A stretch of 17,907 nucleotides of DNA from Saprospiraceae bacterium (lineage in GTDB: Bacteria; Bacteroidota; Bacteroidia; Chitinophagales; Saprospiraceae), in NCBI GenBank assembly GCA_041941305.1, contig JBGTQJ010000047.1, positions 51,917-69,823 of the forward strand. The letters are read 5' to 3'. The notes under the pieces are model-generated. The model searched no databases and had not been told where the DNA came from. It was given only the letters and a program-made list of their open reading frames with translations. Shown here one piece after another: positions 7,352 to 15,522 of this stretch. The position numbers and the translations under genes are program-made. Numbering within the stretch: position 1 is the stretch's first letter; each line of letters starts with the position of its first letter.

Positions 7352-8449
7352 TTATTTTTTGCTAACAAACATCTCTTTCAATTGCTCAAGAATTTGTCCA
7401 CCTCCTGAAACGGAAATGCTATTGATCTTATCCGCAATTTTTTCAACATATTCCATTTCCTTCAACTTCCAAAGCATGGAATTGTCTTCCATCAATTTGG
7501 CAGTATTCAATAAGCTTCGAGTGGAAGCAGTCTCTTCCCGGCGCATAATGGTATTGGCTTGAGCTTTCTTTTCAGCAACCAAAACTTGATTCATGATTTC
7601 CTTGACATCTCCTGGAAGGATAATATCCCGAATACCACAAGTAATGATTTCACATCCCATCGTTTTTACTTTTTCTGAAGCCAATTCAATTACAAAAGCT
7701 TTGATGCTTTCCTTTTTTGCAAGCAATTCATCCAAAGTCAAAGTACCTACATATTCTCGAATAGACATTTGCATTACAAGATAAAGTTGTTTTGCTACAT
7801 CTTTTGTTTCGATCAATGCTTTTACAATATCATTGACTTTGTAATGCAATTGGAAATTAATTCGAATGGCAGCTTTGTCCTTTGTCAAAATTTCCTGCCC
7901 AGATACTTCCATTTGTTGAGCCCTCAAATCTGTTTTCAAAATAGATATGGTATGCTCATTTTTCCAGAAGTCATAACGGCCTGGTACCAATTTGCGGACA
8001 AAATTGCCATCGACCATTAACAACCCTTCTTCATATGATTCAACAAAATAAGTGCGGATATAGAATGAATTGCCACTGTTGACAAACTTCTTCTCTACCT
8101 TTTTGGGAACTTCCAATTCATTCAAATCATAAGTTTCAAAGGTGTAATTAACAACACCTTTCCAGAAGGCATAGCGACCAGGAACCAAAGTCCTGTAAAA
8201 ATTGCCGTCTTTGAATACAAGGGTAATTTCATTGTCCTTTACGGTGACAATTTCCATAAGTGCATTCAGTTTCGAATTTTCCAAAAGGATATTCAAATCT
8301 ACTGGAGGAATGAATTCTTTGGTTTCGTCGTAAACTTTAACAGTTTGATTCCAAATCCAATGGGTACCTCGTGTTAAAACTCCAACGAAGTTGTTTTTCT
8401 CGAAAACCAATCCAACCTGGTGGGCATAAATTTTTACTCTCGTCAACAT
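7352..8449 (-). CDS. SPFH/Band-7 domain protein (slipin family) with two extra N-terminal SPFH-start half-repeats
   Basis: The C-terminal half has the SPFH core (EILTKDKAAIRINFQLHYKVND, GIRDIILPGDVKEIMNQVLVAEKKAQANTIMRREETAS, coiled tail). The N-terminal half repeats the SPFH opening motif G-x-F-x-x-L-x-PG-x-Y-x-FWK three times, about 65 aa apart. Start placed at MLTRVKIYAHQVGLVFE (8449). The 14 codons upstream in the ORF track read an AT-rich leader. Confidence 0.8.
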   Translation of the reverse strand: MLTRVKIYAHQVGLVFEKNNFVGVLTRGTHWIWNQTVKVYDETKEFIPPVDLNILLENSKLNALMEIVTVKDNEITLVFKDGNFYRTLVPGRYAFWKGVVNYTFETYDLNELEVPKKVEKKFVNSGNSFYIRTYFVESYEEGLLMVDGNFVRKLVPGRYDFWKNEHTISILKTDLRAQQMEVSGQEILTKDKAAIRINFQLHYKVNDIVKALIETKDVAKQLYLVMQMSIREYVGTLTLDELLAKKESIKAFVIELASEKVKTMGCEIITCGIRDIILPGDVKEIMNQVLVAEKKAQANTIMRREETASTRSLLNTAKLMEDNSMLWKLKEMEYVEKIADKINSISVSGGGQILEQLKEMFVSKK

Positions 8450-8817
8450 TTCTTTACGTGTTTTTATTATTAAATAATATATGATTTTCAAAAAATCAGA
8501 TTAGCAATAGCTCCTCATCCAAAATCAACGGAGCAATCATTGAGTTGGGTTTTAGCCTGAAAGTTCCAGATTCTTCCATTCATTAGCTTCAGAAAATGGG
8601 ATTTCCCGAAGTTTAAGAATTTTCAAAAAAGGAAATAACAAGTAATCCTCCAGCGGTATCCTGAAAGCTGCTGGTTTCAATCGGATTGCAATTTTTGATT
8701 TAACCCATTGGCTTTCAAATTTTCGTTGAAAAACCCATCGGAGTTCTCCAAAGGAGATCATTAAAAATCAAAAAATGCCGAGTCACTTTTGCTAATCTGA
8801 AGGGTTGTTAAAATTAA

Positions 8818-8930
8818 GGAAGGTTGGAGCTTCCAAATTTTGCATAACTAAACTGGTTTCAAAGACCAGGTCTGTTGTTCTAGCCAACTGAACTATCCCG
8901 AGCTGTTTCAGGAAGAGGAATCGAACCTCT
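8818..8930 (-). other. tRNA-like arms in non-canonical order (not a functional canonical tRNA)
   Basis: Minus strand: canonical T-arm AGAGG-TTCGATT-CCTCT (8930-8914), then a D-arm-like GTTC-AGTTGGCTA-GAAC (8892-8877), then an anticodon-like CTGGT-CTTTGAA-ACCAG (8869-8853, would read UUG), then GGAAG-N7-CTTCC (8834-8818). The T-arm precedes the D-arm, 7 nt separate the D and anticodon arms, and no acceptor stem can be paired. Confidence 0.4.
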
Positions 8931-9076
8931 GCATACAGATTAATGGTGATTTCGCCTTTTGTAAAGATCAGCATATCGGGTATTATTAGACCGACACTAT
9001 GGCGCTATACAGAAACGCCTATCAGGTATCTTAAGCAAAAAACGCAACCCTCTTTTGTGCATGCGCACTATTACAT

Positions 9077-9143
9077 TGTGTAAAAAGTTTTTTAATGCTT
9101 AGCTCGTCGCGCTGCGCGCGACTCGAAAGAACTTTTATACACT
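9077..9143. repeat. Imperfect long inverted repeat centred on a perfect GC palindrome
   Basis: GTCGCGC-TGC-GCGCGAC at 9106-9122, flanked by GTGTAAAAAGTT ... AACTTTTATACAC arms. It is a GC island inside a 1-kb AT-rich spacer. Confidence 0.4.
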
Positions 9144-9498
9144 GTACTATATTTTCAAAATTGAATAAGTCACTTTTGTAATTACAGATTCATTAAATCA
9201 GAAATAGAAAAGGAAAGTTCCAGGAATGGATATTTTTTATAAAATTTAGAGAAAAGACTATAATATCCGATTTCCTCACCTAACCCACCGATCACTCTTG
9301 GCAATTATCTTTTTGAGCACTTCAATATCCACATCTGCCAGGCTTTTAATATACGTACTTGATTTATTCCTGGCACCTCCTTTTCCCAAGGAGACTCCTT
9401 CGGAGAGGAGGCTGGGAGGTCTGTGATGGCGTGTTTTTACAGAACGGTTTGACCCTTCCCGGTAGGGTGGTTAGGTTGTTGTTCACAGCTTGAATTAA

Positions 9499-9984
9499 TT
9501 AAACCAGCTTCATCATCCTTTCCAAAATATGAAAAACAGCAGGGCAGTATCTCGCATTCACGGCATGTAAATGCAGGTTTTTTGAAAATTCATGGCTATC
9601 AGTATGAGGATATTCGCGGCAGGCTTTTGGTCGGAATTCATAAATCATACAATGATTATTGTCCATTAAAAAAGGACAGGGGGAGGTGTTCATGACGGTA
9701 TCTCCATCTTCATCCTGAACCAAATATTGGGCTTTGAAAGCTGATTCTTTCATGCCCAAATGCCTGGCAATTCGAGCTGAATCCGTTTTGTTGACTATTG
9801 GTGGAATTGAGGTACAACAATTTGCACAATACAAACAGTCCAATTCAGAAAAAACAGTCTCATGCAGTTCATCACCCAATTCATTTAAACTTTTGTTCTT
9901 TTCCCGTTTTAACTTTTGGATGAACTTTTTGTGTTTCTTTCTGGAGTTGGATCTACCTTGTTTCCATTCCTCAATTAATACCAT
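9499..9984 (-). CDS. YkgJ-family cysteine-cluster protein (putative Zn/Fe-binding CxxCxxCC domain, UPF0153)
   Basis: CLYCANCC motif plus downstream Cys/His ligands (CPF, HCMIYEF, C-x-EYPH). Start placed at MVLIEEWKQ (9984). The 38 upstream codons in the ORF track read through a GC-rich hairpin and are probably non-coding. Confidence 0.7.
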   Translation of the reverse strand: MVLIEEWKQGRSNSRKKHKKFIQKLKREKNKSLNELGDELHETVFSELDCLYCANCCTSIPPIVNKTDSARIARHLGMKESAFKAQYLVQDEDGDTVMNTSPCPFLMDNNHCMIYEFRPKACREYPHTDSHEFSKNLHLHAVNARYCPAVFHILERMMKLV

Positions 9985-10012
9985 GAGTGCTTTTATTTTA
10001 TTGCTCGGGTAT

Positions 10013-10079
10013 GCGGGTTTTCGGGTTGTTGGAGTGTTTTTGCCTAATCGCAAAGCCACCCCGACAACCCGCAACCCGC
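10013..10079. repeat. Long imperfect hairpin built from CGGGTT(G) / CAACCCG repeats
   Basis: Left arm GCGGGTTTTCGGGTTGTTGGAGTG pairs with right arm CACCCCGACAACCCGCAACCCGC (about 22 bp with one bulge). The 20-nt loop is TTTTTGCCTAATCGCAAAGC. It lies between the multicopper oxidase stop (10105) and the ykgJ start. Confidence 0.45.
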
Positions 10080-10104
10080 AACTGACAATTTCCAGCAAGT
10101 CGAA

Positions 10105-12039
10105 TTATTGAAGCAGTAATCTTTCTACAAATCGAACATTACCTGAAACATACTCTACAATAACAATACCCCTTGGAAGATGATCCACTTGGACATTTGA
10201 ACCAGGTAAAGATTGCATGTCCCGGCTATCCAATAGCTTTCCATTTACATCATAAAAGCGCAATACGCCAGCATCTAAAAAGTCACCTTTAAAGTTAATC
10301 GAATTTTCAGTTGGATTTGGGAATAGGGTAAGTGTTTTAGATGGTTCCACTTCCGTTGTATTCGTCATGGTTACTAAAGAATCCACAACTACAAACTGAT
10401 GCATCATACTGTTATCCTCATGCGTAAGGATATGGCAATGGTACATAAAGCCATGTGTAAAAAGACTGTCCATGTTATATGGACTCGGGAAGCTGTCAAA
10501 GCGTGCTACGTAAGACATAATAGCCCCTTCTCGAATCAGTTGCACATCTTTCCATCCCATGAGTTCGTCAGGTAGATTTGGATAAGTGTAAATTGCTGAG
10601 GCATCTGTATATCCTCCTTTATCATCTGGAAAACCAAGCCTACCAATGTATTCAATCACTTGGAACTGTACCTTATGAATATGCCAAGGGTGAGCATGGG
10701 CAGTCGTATTATTAATTTCCCATTTTTCCTTTGTATTCACCAGCACGGTGTCGTTGATGACATTCATCACCATTGGAGTGCCATCAATAGACCATTGACC
10801 TCCTGAACCTCCCTGTCCTATCAAATTTTTGAATCTGGTTTTAAATATTGGACCGGGGGCAATATCATATGGCTTTAGTGTGGCAGGTAATGAAGTAATT
10901 GGATTATTTGGCTGTATGGTATTATCAACAACAAAAGCCATCATCGCAGAACTATACCAGTCTTTTCCATAAAGTGCATCACTGGGTAGTTTATTATTAA
11001 AGTGGGTCAAATATATGGTATCACCATGGTTATATTGACCAAAATCAACCACAAACTCTCTACGGTCTCCAAGTGCCAATAAATTATTTCTAGTCGGACG
11101 TGGATAATCCAGATACCCACCTCCTGTTGCTACCATATACATGGTTTCAAAATGTACGGAATCTTTATCTGTTGTATGACCATAAAGTAGTTTTTTGGTC
11201 AAACCGATATTGAATATTTTAATGGTTGAACCATTCAACATCCGTAATCGTACCATTGATTGTGGCACATGCAACGTACCAGCAATTACTCCATTCACCA
11301 TACCCCACCTGCCAGGACCAGGTTTTTCGCCAGCTTTGATAGCAGTATTAAATTGTGTATTACCAGAGGTTTCGTATTCAAAATTTTTCGCCTGAATGTT
11401 AAGCGGAATATCATTGACTCCATAATCGTGAGGCAATTGGGAATACAAAGGATCATTATTTGGATCTTCAACGTACATCATACCTGCCATGCCACGTGTC
11501 ACCTGATCGGTTGTAAAATCCATTAAGTGACTATGATACCATGCCGTTTGAACCTCATCAATAATCGGGAAAACCGAATGCCAAGTCTGCCCCACAGATA
11601 TTCTTTGGTGAGGACCACCGTCGGCTTGTGCAGGTAAATTCAGTGCGTGCCAATGGACGGTAGTGGTCGTATCTGCTTTATTTGTAATGGGAAAATCAAT
11701 CCAATTGTTAGTTCTGGGGACAATAAAAGTGGGGCCACTGTAAGTCATAGCTCCGGGCACATTTGTACTATCCGGGTTGTTATAGGCATAGGTCTGTACA
11801 TGCCAATCTAAGTCAAAAAAAAGCGTATCACCATTCTTCTGATTTATTACGGTGTCTATAGCCCTAGTAGGGTCAAAATTGTGTAAGGTATCAATAATAT
11901 CCAGGCGCCAATCCGGCCCCCAAATCGCGTATGGAATGGGTACTTTGTTAGTAAACTTTTTTTGTGCCTTGGAATCCTGTGCCCAAAAACATATCAGGGC
12001 AAAGGAAAGAAGCGTCAAAAGAGTGAATTTTCTTTTCAT
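10105..12039 (-). CDS. Multicopper oxidase (laccase/bilirubin-oxidase-like) with T9SS C-terminal sorting domain
   Basis: All four copper-ligand motifs are present: HWH (VHWHALN), HSH (WYHSHLMD), HPWHIH, and HCHILTHEDNSMM. There is an N-terminal signal peptide. The C-terminal ~80 aa (LTLFPNPTENSINF...IVIVEY...VERLLLQ) match the Por secretion tail pattern. Confidence 0.85.
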   Translation of the reverse strand: MKRKFTLLTLLSFALICFWAQDSKAQKKFTNKVPIPYAIWGPDWRLDIIDTLHNFDPTRAIDTVINQKNGDTLFFDLDWHVQTYAYNNPDSTNVPGAMTYSGPTFIVPRTNNWIDFPITNKADTTTTVHWHALNLPAQADGGPHQRISVGQTWHSVFPIIDEVQTAWYHSHLMDFTTDQVTRGMAGMMYVEDPNNDPLYSQLPHDYGVNDIPLNIQAKNFEYETSGNTQFNTAIKAGEKPGPGRWGMVNGVIAGTLHVPQSMVRLRMLNGSTIKIFNIGLTKKLLYGHTTDKDSVHFETMYMVATGGGYLDYPRPTRNNLLALGDRREFVVDFGQYNHGDTIYLTHFNNKLPSDALYGKDWYSSAMMAFVVDNTIQPNNPITSLPATLKPYDIAPGPIFKTRFKNLIGQGGSGGQWSIDGTPMVMNVINDTVLVNTKEKWEINNTTAHAHPWHIHKVQFQVIEYIGRLGFPDDKGGYTDASAIYTYPNLPDELMGWKDVQLIREGAIMSYVARFDSFPSPYNMDSLFTHGFMYHCHILTHEDNSMMHQFVVVDSLVTMTNTTEVEPSKTLTLFPNPTENSINFKGDFLDAGVLRFYDVNGKLLDSRDMQSLPGSNVQVDHLPRGIVIVEYVSGNVRFVERLLLQ

Positions 12040-12386
12040 AATGAAAGGTTTTTTATGCGCCTAATCACAAATATCAGATGATGATTGTGGTAAGGTGCGA
12101 TAGCTAATTACTGATTATTTTTATGGATTATTTGTTGAAAATCAAGGATTTAACCTTCTTAGAAATGGTTTTCAAGTATAGTGTATTCATTTGTTTTAGA
12201 ACCCCAAAAAATAACACCACTAACCTAGTTAAACTTTTATTTTACCGAGAGGATTAGGTGTAAAGAGCCACGGGAAGATGAGAATATTCTTTAAAGATTA
12301 AAATTTTAAGTTGAATCAAAAATAATAGAAAAGAATAATATGTCAAATGGTAAGCTTCAATTTTTTCCTAAATTTTGCTTTGCGCT

Positions 12387-12532
12387 CCTTGCAAGCTCCA
12401 GCTTGCCAGACGTAAAAAGTGAAAGGCTCCCGCCCTGTTGCATCAAAAGCATATCCAGCGCCCGGGCAGGAGCCCGCCACCCTGTTTCGTTTTGCAAGAT
12501 GGAGCTTGCAACGAGCTATTTTTTGTGTTTTT
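12387..12532 (+). other. GC-rich inverted-repeat element ending in an intrinsic terminator (candidate small RNA or attenuator-like structure, plus strand)
   Basis: Arms CCTTGCAAGCTCCAGCTTGCC (12387-12407) and TTTGCAAGATGGAGCTTGCAACG (12491-12513) are near-exact inverted copies, and each is also a local hairpin. The 83-nt GC-rich core between them has an internal GCCCGGGC palindrome and direct repeats GGCTCCCGCCCTGTT / GGAGCCCGCCACCCTGTT. The distal hairpin TTGCAAG-ATGGAG-CTTGCAA is followed by TTTTTTGTGTTTTT. Confidence 0.35.
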
Positions 12533-12572
12533 AAAAAGAAATATTTCTAAAATCGATTAAGGTGTCAATTTC

Positions 12573-15140
12573 CTACTTGACAACAAAAAACTGTTTAGTT
12601 CTACTTAGTCCATCAACAGTCACTTTGAGAAAATAGATCCCTTGAGGCAAATGCGCAGTTGAAAATTGGGCTTTTCCATTATTAAATTGCAAGGAAGTAA
12701 GGTTTTTCCCATTGGTATCAAAAATTGCAGCAAGACCATTTAGAGACTTTTCTAAGTTGATTTCAATTTGATCTGAAGTTGGATTTGGGAAAAAGGAAAA
12801 ATGAAGCTTTTCCGAAAGATTGCTTACAGATAAAGGGTTTTCAGGAGATAAACGCAGAATCCAGGTTGCTCGATTTGCGAGTGTTTGACCTGCTGCTTGC
12901 CAATTGGAAATACCTCCGTTTGAGTCAATGGTTACAGTACCCATCGATTCATTTGTGTACAACTCAGTCACAAAATACTCACCTACTGGAAGGGAAGAGA
13001 TTGGCATGGAAAAAGAAAAGTTAGTTGTAGTTCCACCTAAGTTTGACAAAATGATAATGCCTTCCTCTTCAGCAATGCGTGCATAAGTCAGTATATTGGA
13101 ATTAGTATTGTTGACTTCCAAAAGATAACCCTGGCGCAAGGCTACTTGCTCGTTTCGGATATGAACTAATTTTTGATAATGTCGCAATAAGGAATTTGGA
13201 TCATCCTGCATAGATCCCACATTATTGTTCGAAAAATTACTGCCCAGTCCATACCAGGGATTTCCATTTGTAAAGCCTGCATTGGTTCCATTGGTCCATT
13301 GCATTGGACGGCGAATGTTTCTGTGATCTCCTGTTCCAATCATTCCCAACTCTTCCCCATAATAAATAAATGGAATACCTGGCATCGTTAAATATAAAGC
13401 TGCCGCCTGCTTCATCTTGGAGGTGTTTGTTCCAAACTGAGAAAAGATCCGATCAATATCGTGATTGGTCAAAAAGGTTGCGTATTGTAAAATTGGATAA
13501 GATTGTTGGAGGACGCCTAGCTGGATTTTAATTGGTCCAGCATTACCGCTATTGATTCCATTGATTACCGATCCTGCAAGATCAAATTCAAAACAAACGT
13601 CCAAACGATCGTTTTGAACATATGGAATAACCGAAGCTGTATTTGACCATACTTCTCCAACTGCAAAAGTCTCCTGGTCAAATGATTTGTAGAGGTTATT
13701 GAAATCTTCCAGTAGAATGAAGTTTTCAGGTGTATTTTCCACAATATTGCCATCCTCATCCAAATATTTTATGGCATCCAATCGGAATCCATCTACGCCC
13801 TTTTCCAACCAAAATTCAGCTATATTAAACATTTCTTCTTTAACAGGAGGGTGACTGTAATTCAAATCTGGCATACCATCCCAGAAGAGTCCATAGAAAT
13901 AATTTCCTCCCTGAAAATGCCAGACGGGTTGTCCCCAGGGACCATTCCAACCGGGATTGTTATCTGACCAAACATACCAATCCCGAAAATCATTTTGATT
14001 GTTTGCTGATTGGGTAAACCAGGGGTGTTGTCTGGAAGTATGATTCATGACAAAGTCAATGATAACCTTGATGCCTCGTTCGTGAGCTGCTTCCAAAAGC
14101 GCTTCAAAATCTGCCATTGTTCCATAATCAGGCTCTGTTGCATAATAATTGGTTACATCATATCCGTGGTAACTAGGGGAAGCCATCATTGGCATCAACC
14201 AAATTCCAGTGATTCCAAGATCAGTATCCGTTTCCGGGTCACCATCGTTGAGATAATCCAATTTCTCAATGATGCCTTGAAAGTCGCCAATACCATCATT
14301 ATCACTATCGTAAAAACTTCGTACGAATATTTCATAAAAGACTGCATCATTCCACCAAAAAGTCTCAAAATCTGTGCTTAATCCAGGAGGACAAACATCA
14401 CAAGTATTGAAACAATAGGTGGGTATTTCATCTACACCTATGCCTACGCTTGCTGTTCGATACCAGGTACCAGTACCCCCATCAACCGTACAGTCTGTAG
14501 GTGGATTCTCGGCTTGATCTGTGGTATTACCATTGACAAATAAAAATTGATAGTCTCCGGGAAGCACGGTCAAAGTGACTTCATAAGTGCCGTCGCCATT
14601 TAAATCCGATAGTTCTACAGAGCCTGGATCCCAATTCGATGGAAAGCCGGCTGTTTCCTGAAAATCTCCCATCACGTGAACGCCATCTGAAGAAATGGTT
14701 TCATCCTTCATGTTAACCGACAAAACCAATTTGGGATTACAGGCATTGAATACAGAAGTTGGGATATTATAATCAGAATTGCCAATAGTGACCTGTCTGT
14801 TATTGGTACCTCCAACGCTGCAATCTGAAGGTGGATTTTCATCTGTCCCCCATGCATTGCCGTTGATGAATTTGTATTCATAAGTCCCCGGAGGAATTTC
14901 CACTGAAATATCATACACATTATCTCCATCGGCATCAGAAAGAATAGTTGACCCAGGATTCCAATCTGATCCAAAACCAGCTTCTGATTGAAAATTTCCG
15001 GCAACGTGGACACCGTTTGCCGAAACGATTTCATTACTCATATCCACACTAAAATTGACAGTTACATTTTGGGAGTGTAAAAAAGGAGCTGAAAAAAGAG
15101 TAAAACAAACAATTAAAGCCTTTGGAAATAATGCGCTCAT
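12573..15140 (-). CDS. GH13 alpha-amylase-family glycosidase with two N-terminal beta-sandwich (CBM-like) repeats and T9SS C-terminal sorting domain
   Basis: GH13 regions I-IV are present: DFVMNH, GFRLDAIKYL, FAVGEVW, FLTNHD. Two ~110-aa N-terminal repeats (NVTVNFSVDM.. and KLVLSVNMKD..). C-terminal FFPNPTSDQIEINL...YFLKV...FFVVK Por-tail. Start moved to the MSALFPKALIVCFTLFSAPFLHSQ signal peptide (15140). The ORF-track start at 15251 adds 37 aa with no signal-peptide logic. Confidence 0.85.
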   Translation of the reverse strand: MSALFPKALIVCFTLFSAPFLHSQNVTVNFSVDMSNEIVSANGVHVAGNFQSEAGFGSDWNPGSTILSDADGDNVYDISVEIPPGTYEYKFINGNAWGTDENPPSDCSVGGTNNRQVTIGNSDYNIPTSVFNACNPKLVLSVNMKDETISSDGVHVMGDFQETAGFPSNWDPGSVELSDLNGDGTYEVTLTVLPGDYQFLFVNGNTTDQAENPPTDCTVDGGTGTWYRTASVGIGVDEIPTYCFNTCDVCPPGLSTDFETFWWNDAVFYEIFVRSFYDSDNDGIGDFQGIIEKLDYLNDGDPETDTDLGITGIWLMPMMASPSYHGYDVTNYYATEPDYGTMADFEALLEAAHERGIKVIIDFVMNHTSRQHPWFTQSANNQNDFRDWYVWSDNNPGWNGPWGQPVWHFQGGNYFYGLFWDGMPDLNYSHPPVKEEMFNIAEFWLEKGVDGFRLDAIKYLDEDGNIVENTPENFILLEDFNNLYKSFDQETFAVGEVWSNTASVIPYVQNDRLDVCFEFDLAGSVINGINSGNAGPIKIQLGVLQQSYPILQYATFLTNHDIDRIFSQFGTNTSKMKQAAALYLTMPGIPFIYYGEELGMIGTGDHRNIRRPMQWTNGTNAGFTNGNPWYGLGSNFSNNNVGSMQDDPNSLLRHYQKLVHIRNEQVALRQGYLLEVNNTNSNILTYARIAEEEGIIILSNLGGTTTNFSFSMPISSLPVGEYFVTELYTNESMGTVTIDSNGGISNWQAAGQTLANRATWILRLSPENPLSVSNLSEKLHFSFFPNPTSDQIEINLEKSLNGLAAIFDTNGKNLTSLQFNNGKAQFSTAHLPQGIYFLKVTVDGLSRTKQFFVVK

Positions 15141-15522
15141 AATGCAATGATTTTTTGATAAAAATTGATTCGATGGCAAGGATTGGGTGATTTTGAGGTG
15201 AAGCGAATGTAGGGAAATTGCTTTGCTAAACATTATTGCCAGGAAATACAAATAGTTTACAATGGTTTGTAATTTATTGATTATCAGAATTTTAATAATT
15301 TTTCCTCAAGAGGCTTAAGTCTAAATTATTGACCAAATCGGATTATCTCTTTATTGGAAATTGGATGAAATTATCATTAGACTACTTAACCGTTAGGTGG
15401 AATTGGGCATCTGGAATCGTATCATCGTTCACATCTTTTCCAGTTCCATAATTTAGTTGTTCAAGGGCATATTTGTTGAATTTATTACCTTTAATGACAA
15501 GTTATGAACAAAATCCTACCTT

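Noticed and set aside
8853-8930. Calling a functional tRNA-Gln(UUG) or tRNA-Leu(CAA).
   Set aside because: The T-arm lies 5' of the D-arm, no acceptor stem can be formed, and 7 nt separate the D and anticodon arms. The plus-strand reading gives a non-canonical T-loop (AATCGAA). It is reported only as tRNA-like arms.
8552-8974. Two minus-strand ORFs of 69 and 60 aa in the 1-kb spacer.
   Set aside because: The 8792-8974 frame is merely the translation of the tRNA-like arms. Neither has motifs or conservation cues, so they are treated as chance ORFs.
9300-9382. Strong Shine-Dalgarno-like AAGGAGGTG on the minus strand followed by a 24-codon GTG ORF.
   Set aside because: The surrounding genes show no Shine-Dalgarno usage, consistent with Bacteroidota. 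The ORF is tiny with no features. It is more likely part of the GC-rich stem ACCTCC/GGAGGT.
9369-9470. SRP RNA, tmRNA or RNase P RNA in the GC-rich islands (also 12387-12532).
   Set aside because: The signature motifs I know are absent: the SRP domain IV GGAAGGAAGCAGC-type motif, the tmRNA GGGG...GGATTCGAC 5' end and GGTTCGA...CCACCA 3' end, and the RNase P GGAAAGTCCGGGCTCC motif.
12340-12534. 64-aa plus-strand ORF (MSNGKLQFFPKFCFALLASSS...) in the amylase-oxidase spacer.
   Set aside because: It reads straight through both hairpin arms and the U-run of the GC-rich element. It has no signal, domain or start context. It is better explained as a structured non-coding element.
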